From: a virus
Virus genome (UHGV): UHGV-0036384
Strand: one strand, 5' to 3'
DNA length: 64,000 nucleotides
Position numbers and translations under genes: made by a program. The notes under the pieces are model-generated. The model made no database searches and had not been told where the DNA came from. It was given only the letters and a program-made list of their open reading frames with translations. Of the stretch, positions 54,460 to 64,000 are shown in pieces (the first letter of the stretch is position 1; each line of letters starts with the position of its first letter).

Positions 54460-55546
54460 TCGTATACAGAATGAATCTGCCTGGTTAGCACTGATAGAAC
54501 GGTATAAAGACAATTGGGAACTGGCAGCAAAAGAGTTGCTTGATATTGAGTTAACACCTCATCAAGCAAAAATTATTAACGCGATAAAGAACACCGGAGC
54601 CAAAGTCACTGCCACCACACCACATGGTATTGGGGAAACCTCTATTGTGGCAGTGATTAGCATCCTGCAAACAATACTGTATTCGTGTTCCCGTACAGTG
54701 GTTGTTTCTCCTGCGATTAACGATAGTCGAAAAACAATAATTGACTATATGTTCCGTTATTGGGAGCGAGTTACCCAAAAACACCCTTTTCTTGGCAATT
54801 ATTTCAGAATACACCCTGACAAAGGGTTGGTGCATATCAGTGAAACATGGGGATGCGTCTATATAACCTATTGTCTGAATAACGAAGAGTCTCTGGCTGG
54901 TTTTACTGGACCGCACGATCTTTTCATCGTTATTAACTCGGCGGAAATCAGCGATCGCGCTCATGCAGTGATAACTGGCAATTTAACCAATTATGACTCG
55001 CGCCTGCTGTTGCTGTCGAAACCATCGGAACGCGAGAAAGGGTACTTTTATGATTCGCATCACCGGTTGGCCCATAGTAAAAACAATCCTGCTGGTTTTT
55101 TCACGGCGATAACTCTAAACACAGAGGATTCACCTCTCGTTTCTGAAGCATATCTTGAATTCAAAGCCAAAGAGTTTGGTGGGCGCAATAGCGATGAATA
55201 TCGCCGATTGATCTTGGGGAAATTCCCCGGGATTCGGGAGTTGATGGAAAAGTCATCTGTTCCCCGTAATATGCACTTCACAATGACTGACGGTAGTAAA
55301 TGGGTAGTGCCTACGATCGTGATCGCCAAACACCATGCGAAACATCACGCTCAAAAACACAACTCCAGCACATTAGACTGGCTGAAGGCCTATACAATAC
55401 CGTTATTCTCGGCAAACCATAACGCTATAACTGAATGGGCTAAACAAATCCCCTGGCAGGATGTGGCTGAAGAGGCATTTGTCGAAAAACCACCAAGAGA
55501 TTTGCACGAGCACTGTTGGCTGACATCAGAAAAAAGCTTCTCGTGA
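54452..55546 (+). CDS. terminase-large-subunit (PacB) N-terminal paralog with degenerate Walker motifs (364 aa)
   Basis: Collinear similarity to PacB residues 30-260; Walker A GKS replaced by GETS, Walker B DEAS replaced by NSAE; no nuclease domain. Confidence 0.5.
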   Translation: MINRIQNESAWLALIERYKDNWELAAKELLDIELTPHQAKIINAIKNTGAKVTATTPHGIGETSIVAVISILQTILYSCSRTVVVSPAINDSRKTIIDYMFRYWERVTQKHPFLGNYFRIHPDKGLVHISETWGCVYITYCLNNEESLAGFTGPHDLFIVINSAEISDRAHAVITGNLTNYDSRLLLLSKPSEREKGYFYDSHHRLAHSKNNPAGFFTAITLNTEDSPLVSEAYLEFKAKEFGGRNSDEYRRLILGKFPGIRELMEKSSVPRNMHFTMTDGSKWVVPTIVIAKHHAKHHAQKHNSSTLDWLKAYTIPLFSANHNAITEWAKQIPWQDVAEEAFVEKPPRDLHEHCWLTSEKSFS

Positions 55547-55551
55547 GGTAA

Positions 55552-55575
55552 AAATCCCGCCGATTGGCGGGATTT
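55552..55575. terminator. bidirectional terminator
   Basis: AAATCCCGCC-GATT-GGCGGGATTT between convergent operons. Confidence 0.7.
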
Positions 55576-55577
55576 CT

Positions 55578-55886
55578 TCAATATACGATCTGGTCTACAT
55601 GATCACCAAAATCATCGTCGTCGTCCTCATCGCCACCATCTACTGCTGGCCAATCAACAAACCAGCCAGCGTAAAGATGCAGCGTTCGGAGAACATCACT
55701 TGCGGGAGCATCAAGGGTGTTAACGAATCCCATATAGCTATTGGGATTTGCCCCAGCTATGGCTTCAGCGATCATGTCCTCGGTAATGTCACCGGAGATA
55801 ATGCTTAAACGCCCGGAAACTTCTTCATTATCATCAAATTCGATAATGGCATCTCCACCTAATGGCGCTGCGATTTTAATCTGCAT
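55578..55886 (-). CDS. acidic small protein (102 aa), last gene of the dar operon
   Basis: ORF with C-terminal poly-Asp tract. Confidence 0.4.
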   Translation of the reverse strand: MQIKIAAPLGGDAIIEFDDNEEVSGRLSIISGDITEDMIAEAIAGANPNSYMGFVNTLDAPASDVLRTLHLYAGWFVDWPAVDGGDEDDDDDFGDHVDQIVY

Positions 55887-58863
55887 TATTTAGCTCCTTT
55901 GCCACACCTAATAACAGTTCCAGCAATCCGTCACCATTCATCAGTGATGCGGCAGCGGCCTCTTTGTCATGATACAACTGAAGAGCCATAGAGAATACTT
56001 CCGTTGCTGACGTTTTGGAAATAGTCGGTGATTTCTGCCGAATTTTCCCGGTGTTACTTACTGAGGCTGGCGGGTATACCTTCGCCATATAAATATTACT
56101 CAATCGAGATCTGAAGCACCATTCAGGCTTGCCACGCCCACCGATATTGACGAAAGATGGCTTATCCCCTTCAACATTGGCCTTCAGGAATGACCGGGCT
56201 TTCTCTAACAAACCAGGGTTACTGTACTCAAGATGATGACCCAGCTCGTGCCACAGTGCACTTGCATTTTCATCGTTCAAATTGACAGCAACAACACCAT
56301 TTAGATTTGCATATGCCCTTCCCTGGTGGTGAACTACCTTTGATAAGGTCGATATTTTCCCGCCAGTCAGGCGATAAATATCAGCAAGTTCCTTGCGCAG
56401 GTCTATCCCACCATTCTGTCCAGCGCGGGCTTCTTCCACTTCTTCTGTGATAAAAGAGTCGGCCCACTCAAGAGCTTTTTCTTCAGATACGGATGAGTTT
56501 GCGATCGCACTGTTCATGGCAGATAACACTTTCTCGTGGACCGAACCCATACTTCGCTGATTCATTTGCCAGCGTGTCTGCGGGTTATATGAGAATCGCT
56601 TAAGTAGTTGGTCAAGCTGCTCAAGTTCTTCTTCACTGACATACTTTTTAGCCTCACCAATAATGCCAGGGAGAATATTGCCGTTAGGATTAAACGCTCG
56701 CGAAAGGAAGAGTTTCAGCGCCCCCATGCCCTCCGATGCTTCAATATCACCAATAACCCGGTTAACAATGGCCGCACTCTTCGGATTAGCATCTGCCAAC
56801 GCTCTGGCTACGATTTGCAGGGACGATACGACCTCACGCTGCATATCAGTCCTGATCTCATCAATAAACTCTGGCGTTATGCCGTGCTCTTTAAGGATAT
56901 CCCGGCCTTCCGCCGTTACCCCATCGATATCACCGACATGTTTATTAACACGACTTTGCAATGCCTTAAATGCCTTCAGAATTCCACGGGCATCATCCGC
57001 TTTACTAACGGCCTTCCTGAATGCTGGCAAGAAGTCTGAGTTAACCTCATTTTGTTGATCGGCCCACTGAATGGAGGCTTCTTTCATCTCGTCCAGAGTC
57101 AGATCACCCAACGCGGTATGGTCTGTGAATATGAGCGACAACCTCTGAACCATTTCTGCCAATGGTGATGCCGAATGCGCCGCGCTAAGGAATGCTTTCA
57201 CCCTGGTTGGGCGAATGGAAAACCAGTCAATAGCTGGTGGCATATCTCCGTTTTTTATCGCCTGCGCTATCTCGTCAAAGCCATCGCGCCCAAGGGAGGA
57301 TGCGTGATTTAACAAGCCGCGAAGTAACGAATTGCTGATACCGAATAATCGGCACCATTTTTTCACGTCGGCAACAGGCATTCGAACAAAATGCGCAAGC
57401 ACTTGTACAAGCTGTTCATCCTGGGGATCTGTGCGGGAAAGCAGCCTGATCAGATGAATAATGTCTTTGATGCCGGATGCCCGATGTAATAGCAAACTGG
57501 TATACGGAGCAACACCGTTGTAACTACCGCCGGAAACGGACTCGAAAAGACCGCCGGATATCCCTTGCATGCCTTCGTTTTCCAGTTCCTGAGACACCTG
57601 GCGAAGGATATCCTGTAACGACACATCGCCGCCGCCAAACATATCCCCCAGCGCCTGGCCCTGGTGCTGTAACTCATCATTGATACGTTGAGCCATCAAC
57701 TTAAAGGCGGTGGCCATACGCTTCGCGCTACGGTTATTCGCGACGATGAACAACGCGAGTGCTTTCACTTCCGGGGCCGTTTCGCTGAACATATCCCCCT
57801 GAGCAATAACATCGGTAATATGCTGGCCTGACTCCTTCGATTGCCTTACCAGGTCTACCGCATCTTTCAATGCCGCCAGCGCCTTTTTATCGAGGCAATC
57901 CGCTGTCTCAATGCCATCAACAATAGTTGTCACAGCCTGCTTGTGCGCTTCTCCTGATAAAGCCTGCATCTGGACAAAATCATTGGCTGCCGCATTAAGC
58001 GCCGTCAGAACATTACGCATATCCGGATCAGGTTCTTCTGCAACCATCCTTACCAGGCGCGCATCCTTATATGCCTTGGCAAAGATCGCGTTTTGTATAC
58101 GGTCTACAAGTTGCCGTGTTGGTCGCCCATCTTCAGTTACAAGGCCAGCCGCCTGTGTGGCACCAACTTGCGTCATAAATCCGCGAATAAACGCGTCATT
58201 ACTGCGGCTAAGCAGATCTCCACTTTCTGACGGGTTAAACAACGCCATCATCGCCGGTGTTATGCTGTCGGCATCAACAAAAGCCTTTTCACTGGCTGCC
58301 ATTTCCTGGAGATCAGAAATATTTGAGTCCTTGGCAAACTGAACACGGTCAACCTTCGTTAACCGGCGGCGCACCAGTACCGGAGCCGTCATTGATTCAA
58401 CCTTTTCAGGCCGTATGCCGAATTCGGTCGCATGTTCAATCAGGTACTCCCGATACCGATCCGCATTACCGTCCTGATAGGCTTTAATGATCCCCATGGT
58501 CCGCCCATTACCTGACTCAACGGTATTGTCCTCACCAATTATTGGCGCACCATGGCTGGATAAACCGGAATCAGTAAGCTGAGCTGGCCGCAAATCTTTG
58601 GATATCTGGTTAACCTGAAGAAGGCTGGATGCGCGGGTCCGGTCGCGCGGCTGAAGTTCCTGGGGATAGTCAGGATTAATTTTCCCATCCAGAGTATTGG
58701 ATACCAAAAGAGCTGAGGCATCGACGATATCAAACGCTGTTTTTACCTCGTCTCCCTTCGCTGTCACCACATACGAAACCCGCCCATAATCGGGCAGGTT
58801 CTTTAGCAGCTCGATCAGCGTTTCTATGCTGGTGGCCATTACCACCTGATCGCTTAAGCTCAT
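55876..58863 (-). CDS. ddrB: large dar-operon protein, DdrB candidate (995 aa)
   Basis: Synteny-based: two genes downstream of the DarA-sized ORF; C-terminal HExxH-like motif (WHELGHHLE). Confidence 0.45.
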   Translation of the reverse strand: MSLSDQVVMATSIETLIELLKNLPDYGRVSYVVTAKGDEVKTAFDIVDASALLVSNTLDGKINPDYPQELQPRDRTRASSLLQVNQISKDLRPAQLTDSGLSSHGAPIIGEDNTVESGNGRTMGIIKAYQDGNADRYREYLIEHATEFGIRPEKVESMTAPVLVRRRLTKVDRVQFAKDSNISDLQEMAASEKAFVDADSITPAMMALFNPSESGDLLSRSNDAFIRGFMTQVGATQAAGLVTEDGRPTRQLVDRIQNAIFAKAYKDARLVRMVAEEPDPDMRNVLTALNAAANDFVQMQALSGEAHKQAVTTIVDGIETADCLDKKALAALKDAVDLVRQSKESGQHITDVIAQGDMFSETAPEVKALALFIVANNRSAKRMATAFKLMAQRINDELQHQGQALGDMFGGGDVSLQDILRQVSQELENEGMQGISGGLFESVSGGSYNGVAPYTSLLLHRASGIKDIIHLIRLLSRTDPQDEQLVQVLAHFVRMPVADVKKWCRLFGISNSLLRGLLNHASSLGRDGFDEIAQAIKNGDMPPAIDWFSIRPTRVKAFLSAAHSASPLAEMVQRLSLIFTDHTALGDLTLDEMKEASIQWADQQNEVNSDFLPAFRKAVSKADDARGILKAFKALQSRVNKHVGDIDGVTAEGRDILKEHGITPEFIDEIRTDMQREVVSSLQIVARALADANPKSAAIVNRVIGDIEASEGMGALKLFLSRAFNPNGNILPGIIGEAKKYVSEEELEQLDQLLKRFSYNPQTRWQMNQRSMGSVHEKVLSAMNSAIANSSVSEEKALEWADSFITEEVEEARAGQNGGIDLRKELADIYRLTGGKISTLSKVVHHQGRAYANLNGVVAVNLNDENASALWHELGHHLEYSNPGLLEKARSFLKANVEGDKPSFVNIGGRGKPEWCFRSRLSNIYMAKVYPPASVSNTGKIRQKSPTISKTSATEVFSMALQLYHDKEAAAASLMNGDGLLELLLGVAKELNNAD

Positions 58864-58875
58864 CCCTGTTACGCC

Positions 58876-59241
58876 TTATGCTGCCTCTTTAATGTTGGCG
58901 GCTATCCATGCCGCAGTGTGCTGTTTAACCTGGTCCAGGTCGATGTATGTGCCAACATATTGACTCAAATCCTGCAAGGTACCGATAAATGCATCGGTGC
59001 TCTGATCGACGAATTTATCAGCCAGGAAATCAGCAACCAGTTTTGGCACACCATCATGTTCCGAAGGTTGTTTTTCCTCGCCACTACCACCGCCGGACGC
59101 GCCGTACCCCATCTGTTGCATGATCTGGTCAATTTCATCGCTGATATCCAGCAACTCCATGCCACTCGCGGTAGCCGCTTTGGACATCAGAGCATCCAAC
59201 TTATCGCTGAGATCCATTAACTCAATAGCTGATAGTGTCAT
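58876..59241 (-). CDS. ddrA: small acidic protein, DdrA candidate (121 aa)
   Basis: Synteny-based: between the DarA and DdrB candidates. Confidence 0.4.
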   Translation of the reverse strand: MTLSAIELMDLSDKLDALMSKAATASGMELLDISDEIDQIMQQMGYGASGGGSGEEKQPSEHDGVPKLVADFLADKFVDQSTDAFIGTLQDLSQYVGTYIDLDQVKQHTAAWIAANIKEAA

Positions 59242-61157
59242 GCCGCTACCCCCGCTTTCTGGATTGCTACCAACAGATCAGCCAGGTGGCGAGCTGCGCC
59301 GTTAACCAGCTCTTCGTTTTCCTCAAAACGTCCGGCAGCCTGAAGGGCTGCAATCGCTTCCCGGACATTGCCCCGGGCGTTACGGATCTCCGCCATGTCA
59401 GTGCTTTGTATATCCATCACGTTATTGAGATATTCAATGGCTTTATTAGCCTCTGCATCTGCTTCGCTAACCGTTTCATCAGGCTGTGCCGGGGCCGGTT
59501 CTGGCTGAGGAATCTCACCGACTTCGGCCTGCAATGCATTGATCATGCTCTGCACCATTTTCTCGGTGCCAGCGCCCCCAGGAAACGCAATATTGGGGAA
59601 AGTTTTTTGAAACTGAGTTTTCAGCATTACGCGGAACTCGTCTGGTGAGCTGGTGGCCAGCTCCAGAGCTTTTTGTGCATATTTGCCAAACGGACCATTA
59701 GTAAGTGTCTTCGCCAGGAAGTCGAAAGAATCCTCGCGAGGCAATAACTTCAGGTCGTACTCACTCATTTGCTGATCAGAAAGCGGGGTATCGTAAGTAG
59801 CAATGCCGTAGCGTGCATATTCATAATACGGGTCACCTTCATCAGGGCGCGGCAGAATTGCTTTGTTACCTTCAGGTATTGCGCCAGGGGCCGCCGGACG
59901 CATTTGCAGGGCATATCGATATGCACCTACAGAGACTTCTGGTTCAGGCGAAGAGCTACCGGCATCCTCCGCTGGTTCAGGTTCGACGTTTTCCGGTTTA
60001 TGTTCTTCTGGTTGGACCAGGTATTCCGATACATTACCCGCTTTATAGGCTTTAAACAGCTTGCCGATCGCATCTGCCATGTCCACACCCTGTATGGATT
60101 TAGCCTTGATCATGTATACGCTGCCATCCGGATCGGTTAACTGGATATACCCTTCGCCGCCCCCAATGAATTGCTTCATTGATGCACCATTACTGAGCGT
60201 CACTTCCCCGTCCATATGCATACGATTTTTGATACTGGCAAGGCGATCCGTCAGCGCGCGAGAGTGCCCACCAGTCATCCCCGCTGGAGCAATGGTATCG
60301 CGCCCACCAGTGCGATTGAGCTGATCAATCTCCGTCTGCAAACGCTCATTCTCTTCATAAAGAGAATCCGCTTCCGATGCAACAGCGTTAATTTTCTGCT
60401 CCAGATCTGCCTTCTGCCCTTCTACCGCTGCCACCTGATCCGCGAGGTCGCTCATGGCATCCTCTTTCTGGTCACTGTCAGCCTGTAGTTGGGTTATTTC
60501 ATCAACAAGGGCTTTTTTCTTCTTCTGCGCACGCTGGAATTTTGCCGAGTTTTTCTCTGCAAGGTTGGCAAGTTTCATGGTGACCTGCGCCAGCGTCATA
60601 TCACGTCCACTCATCGGAGCAACGGTGTGAGTAACGTCTTTTTTATTCAGTAAGAACTGGAAAGCAACCAGCGTATCGCTATTGGTGATCCGGTTTTCCG
60701 CTGTCGGGCTATGAAACAGAATGCTGATAGTCTGACCATCACTGAGCGGAATAATGGCTGGCAAGACCGGCAGCCCGTTAACGTTACGTGCCCGGCCAAT
60801 TTCAGCGCCGCCGATCGCGCGCGCGCCGCTCTGGGCCACATCCCCCGTTTTATCACTCCCCGCAGAGATTCCGGTACCATTCAGCTTCTGGTTCAATGCC
60901 CGGACAAATGCCTGCATGGTCCGGTGTAACTGCAAACGAGTAGAACTAATCGCCTCCAGTAAATCCGTAGCACACCAGTGGATCGGCGTGTCATAGAAGA
61001 ACGTAGCCTCGATTTCCTCCAGGGTGTTGGATTCCGTCATCAGATAGCGGTCCTCACCGGCCATTAATGCGCGATATTCATCATCAGTCACTGGCGGGGG
61101 AAGCACGTCAAGCCCAGGCTTGATCGTCACCCCTTTATTGATATTGAACTGTTCCAT
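59238..61157 (-). CDS. darA: DarA antirestriction/internal head protein candidate (639 aa)
   Basis: Synteny-based: 639-aa ORF in a leftward operon starting with holin-like genes. Confidence 0.55.
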   Translation of the reverse strand: MEQFNINKGVTIKPGLDVLPPPVTDDEYRALMAGEDRYLMTESNTLEEIEATFFYDTPIHWCATDLLEAISSTRLQLHRTMQAFVRALNQKLNGTGISAGSDKTGDVAQSGARAIGGAEIGRARNVNGLPVLPAIIPLSDGQTISILFHSPTAENRITNSDTLVAFQFLLNKKDVTHTVAPMSGRDMTLAQVTMKLANLAEKNSAKFQRAQKKKKALVDEITQLQADSDQKEDAMSDLADQVAAVEGQKADLEQKINAVASEADSLYEENERLQTEIDQLNRTGGRDTIAPAGMTGGHSRALTDRLASIKNRMHMDGEVTLSNGASMKQFIGGGEGYIQLTDPDGSVYMIKAKSIQGVDMADAIGKLFKAYKAGNVSEYLVQPEEHKPENVEPEPAEDAGSSSPEPEVSVGAYRYALQMRPAAPGAIPEGNKAILPRPDEGDPYYEYARYGIATYDTPLSDQQMSEYDLKLLPREDSFDFLAKTLTNGPFGKYAQKALELATSSPDEFRVMLKTQFQKTFPNIAFPGGAGTEKMVQSMINALQAEVGEIPQPEPAPAQPDETVSEADAEANKAIEYLNNVMDIQSTDMAEIRNARGNVREAIAALQAAGRFEENEELVNGAARHLADLLVAIQKAGVAA

Positions 61158-61158
61158 G

Positions 61159-61770
61159 TTAATTTCCTGCTTTCAGTTGCTTAAGACGGCGTTTGAGTTC
61201 GCCATTTCGGGCCTTTTCGTTATTGAGTCGGCCTGTCTCCTTATCCAGCTTCGCCCGCAAATCAGTGATCTGCTGTTGATTGAAAGACACCGAGTTCTGC
61301 GCTGATTTATAAGCGGCAACCACCTGAGCATTCCGCTGTTTTGCCTCTTGCAGGCGCTGAAAGTTGGATTTTACTGCCGGTTTCTTGTCTACCGGATTGG
61401 CAACACGTTTCGCTTTGGCGATCAGTGATTTCTGGAATTTTGCGGAGTTTTTGCGGGCCGCTTGCCCCATGACGGTACCAAGCGTCTTGATATCCGACGA
61501 TTGAGCGTTAGGAATAGCTTTTCCATTCAGCCTCACAGACGATATATCGCCAGTATCGTTTACCTGTATGGCAAGAATTTGTCCGTCGTTAAGAACCAGC
61601 TTTGCGGTTTTAACTTTAACGCCATCTTTCGTTGTTGCGCGGTTGCTGGAGTCAACCTCAATTACCGTAACACCGGTTTTATTGATCGCCGCGATAAGGG
61701 ATTTCAGCCCCTTTTCATTAACCTGGTCAAAATCGACCGTTGCATACTTATTTTTCGTCATCTGACACAT
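61159..61770 (-). CDS. hdf: Hdf candidate (203 aa)
   Basis: Synteny-based: immediately upstream of the darA candidate. Confidence 0.4.
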   Translation of the reverse strand: MCQMTKNKYATVDFDQVNEKGLKSLIAAINKTGVTVIEVDSSNRATTKDGVKVKTAKLVLNDGQILAIQVNDTGDISSVRLNGKAIPNAQSSDIKTLGTVMGQAARKNSAKFQKSLIAKAKRVANPVDKKPAVKSNFQRLQEAKQRNAQVVAAYKSAQNSVSFNQQQITDLRAKLDKETGRLNNEKARNGELKRRLKQLKAGN

Positions 61771-62191
61771 CCTGTGCGAGATTTATTACGTAACTTCTGC
61801 GGATTTGCTGAGTAACAGGGAAAATCCGATACAACGGGTTAATGAACGAGTCGCCATGCGTAACCATGACGTTGAAATGCCACAGTCGCTCTCCTTTACC
61901 CATATATTCAGTGGGTATGTACAACCATTCACTGTTTTCGCCCTGTTCAGCCGACGTCAAACAACGTTGTTCGCCTTCAATCACTGTCGTCGGCTTCTGA
62001 ACATCGCGGATCCAATATCTGACCGTTGCGCCGCGCAAAAACGGGAATTTAGACCGGTATTTGAACGGCACCCGGATGAAACCCGGTTTAATTTCCACAT
62101 CACCAAGTTCTAAATGCGTGATGTCCTTGCGTTTTAGCAAATAGCGATCGGCTAAGGCTAACGCAAGAACGCATACACCCCAGCCAATCAT
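61748..62191 (-). CDS. LydB-like lysis regulator candidate (147 aa)
   Basis: N-terminal hydrophobic segment then soluble domain; position after the holin-like gene. Confidence 0.4.
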   Translation of the reverse strand: MIGWGVCVLALALADRYLLKRKDITHLELGDVEIKPGFIRVPFKYRSKFPFLRGATVRYWIRDVQKPTTVIEGEQRCLTSAEQGENSEWLYIPTEYMGKGERLWHFNVMVTHGDSFINPLYRIFPVTQQIRRSYVINLAQDVSDDEK

Positions 62192-62517
62192 TTCCCGCCT
62201 CCCTTTTTCACCAAACTTGTAAGAACATTCAGAATGCTATCGATATTCACTCGTTTCATCCCTGAAATCACCTCATGACCGTTATTGCTGGCTATCGTTA
62301 CCATTAAGTACGTAATTGATAACTCCCAGCCCTCGTGTTGCCCCAATAGGTACGCCACCGCGCCAGCTGTCACTGCAACAAAGATCTCCGTAACCAATCC
62401 CAACAAATTGCCAGACTGGCGACCGTCTCGGACATCCATCAGGAACGTGCCTATCCCACCAATTACTGAAAGCAGGAGCGCAATAGCAACTGGAGCTAAT
62501 TCCTGTGTGTCAAGCAC
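62188..62517 (-). CDS. holin-like membrane protein (LydA-like, 109 aa)
   Basis: Three hydrophobic helices and charged C-terminus. Confidence 0.45.
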   Translation of the reverse strand: MLDTQELAPVAIALLLSVIGGIGTFLMDVRDGRQSGNLLGLVTEIFVAVTAGAVAYLLGQHEGWELSITYLMVTIASNNGHEVISGMKRVNIDSILNVLTSLVKKGGGK

Positions 62518-62591
62518 AAGTTCCCTCCTACGTTGTCAGGAGGTAATGGTATGCAAAGTAACTTCTCAACCGGTTATGTTGCATAAGAGAC

Positions 62592-62855
62592 TTACCTATT
62601 CAACCGACTTTTGGAACCTTCAATAATAAGCCTGCTATTGGCGCTGAAAATAAGAACCATGCAGCTCTGAAGGCTTTCATTCATATCCTTATATTCCGCG
62701 AGATACATGCCAATAAAGCCAGCAAGTACGGCGGAAATACATTCGGCCAGCAATTTCTTGCATGAAGACTCGTAACGGTTTTCACATAGCCCACTCAAAT
62801 ACGAATACACCCCACCAAGAAGGGATAACATCACGATATGTACATAAAATGTCAT
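62592..62855 (-). CDS. small membrane protein (87 aa), first gene of the operon
   Basis: Two hydrophobic helices. Confidence 0.4.
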   Translation of the reverse strand: MTFYVHIVMLSLLGGVYSYLSGLCENRYESSCKKLLAECISAVLAGFIGMYLAEYKDMNESLQSCMVLIFSANSRLIIEGSKSRLNR

Positions 62856-62982
62856 TTTTTACCTATACAACAGTAAGTTGAACAACATCTGAGAACGGTA
62901 TGCACTTTGTGATTTCCACACACACTGGTTTTGTTAATTAAAACCTGTAGCTTGCAATAAATAACGATAGTGGGCAGAAAAT

Positions 62983-63168
62983 ATGCTAATAGGCTATGTA
63001 CGCATATAGACAAATGAACAAAACACAGCTATGCAGTGAAAAGCACTTGAAAGCGCAGGATGTGAGCTAATTTTTGCGAATAAGGCGAGCAGCAAAAAGG
63101 CTGGGCACCCTGGGTTAAAAAAGGTTCTGCGTATGCTTTCCAGAGGTGATACCCTAGTCTCGGGCTAG
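62983..63168 (+). pseudogene. decayed serine-recombinase (Cin/Hin-family invertase) N-terminal fragment
   Basis: In-frame MLIGYVRI*TNEQNTAMQ*KALESAGCELIF...GDTLV, collinear with the Cin N-terminus but with two internal stops and truncation. Confidence 0.6.
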
Positions 63169-63290
63169 GGACAACATTTCGAGGACAGTTTTCATTAGCG
63201 GTCAGCAGGCGCTAGATACATCGAATTGATGTGCCGCGCGATAAATGTACCTATTCTATCAAGATAAATTACACCGACGCGGCATTAGAA

Positions 63291-63863
63291 TTACAGCTCA
63301 GATTGAGTTTGGCGCTTCTCTACAGGATGATAACGATAAATCGTCGATACACCGATATCGTAAATAATTGCCAACTGTTTCCTGCTGTAGCCATTTTCGA
63401 TCAACCTCGCTATTTGCTCATGTTGTTCTTTTGTCAACTTCGGGCGACGTCCGCCAATGCGTCCCTGTTCGCGTGCAGCTGCCAGTCCGGCCAGTGTTCT
63501 CTCAACAATTAATTCACGTTCCATTTCTGCTAAAGCCCCCATGACGTGAAAAAAGAAACGCCCCATGGGTGTTGATGTGTCAATACTGTCTGTCAGACTA
63601 CGGAAATTAACACCTTTTTCCCGCAACTCCTCTATAAGCGTGATAAGGTGTTTCATACTTCTGCCAAGCCTATCCAGCTTCCAGACAACCAGCGTATCTC
63701 CTTCTGATAACGTTCTGAGCAGCTTTTTCAAGCCTGGTCTGGCTGACTTTGTTCCGCTTATTTTATCTTCAAAAATCAGTTCACATCCTGCGCAGTTCAG
63801 TGCATTTCTTTGTAAATCTGTGTTTTGGTCATTTGTTGACACACGAATGTAGCCAATTTGCAT
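63291..63863 (-). CDS. cin: Cin-type serine DNA invertase (~190 aa)
   Basis: Serine-recombinase catalytic domain (GYIRVSTNDQ, VWKLDRLGRS) and C-terminal HTH; strong match to Cin/Gin/Hin as recalled. Confidence 0.85.
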   Translation of the reverse strand: MQIGYIRVSTNDQNTDLQRNALNCAGCELIFEDKISGTKSARPGLKKLLRTLSEGDTLVVWKLDRLGRSMKHLITLIEELREKGVNFRSLTDSIDTSTPMGRFFFHVMGALAEMERELIVERTLAGLAAAREQGRIGGRRPKLTKEQHEQIARLIENGYSRKQLAIIYDIGVSTIYRYHPVEKRQTQSEL

Positions 63864-64000
63864 GAAAAACAACCTCTTTGTTTAGTTAAAAATACATCGT
63901 TGGTATAGGTAGGGATTAAGACTAAAACGTTGGTTTGGGGGAAGGCTCTGCACTGCCCGTTGGCGTGCCCGTTCCGTGGCCATCAGCCACACCTCCAACG

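Overview
This window is a near-contiguous stretch of a bacteriophage P1-family phage-plasmid genome. The anchors I can read directly are a perfect 34-bp loxP site (36930-36963) followed 436 bp later by a Cre recombinase gene, the C1 repressor and Coi, pacA carrying the hexanucleotide pac site, pacB, Phd-Doc, HumD, Hot, SSB, the SAR endolysin Lyz, the 2255-aa DarB, the bifunctional methyltransferase Dmt, the DnaB-like helicase Ban, three tRNAs and a Cin-type invertase. About 17 copies of the C1 operator (ATTGCTCTAATAAATTT) sit in front of early operons. The main finding is between mat and lxc, where P1 itself carries its type III res-mod genes: here that slot holds a single AT-rich 378-aa RelA/SpoT-like gene that looks like a fused toxSAS/CapRel-type toxin-antitoxin (a family already described, so the novelty is its placement here). 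The second finding is an array of five structured inverted-repeat elements flanking the tRNA-Asn/Thr pair, with covariation consistent with RNA structure. No IS1, res/mod, CRISPR array or plasmid rep/par genes are in the window. All coordinates were counted by hand and may be off by a few bases; P1 gene names marked as synteny-based are inferences, not database hits.
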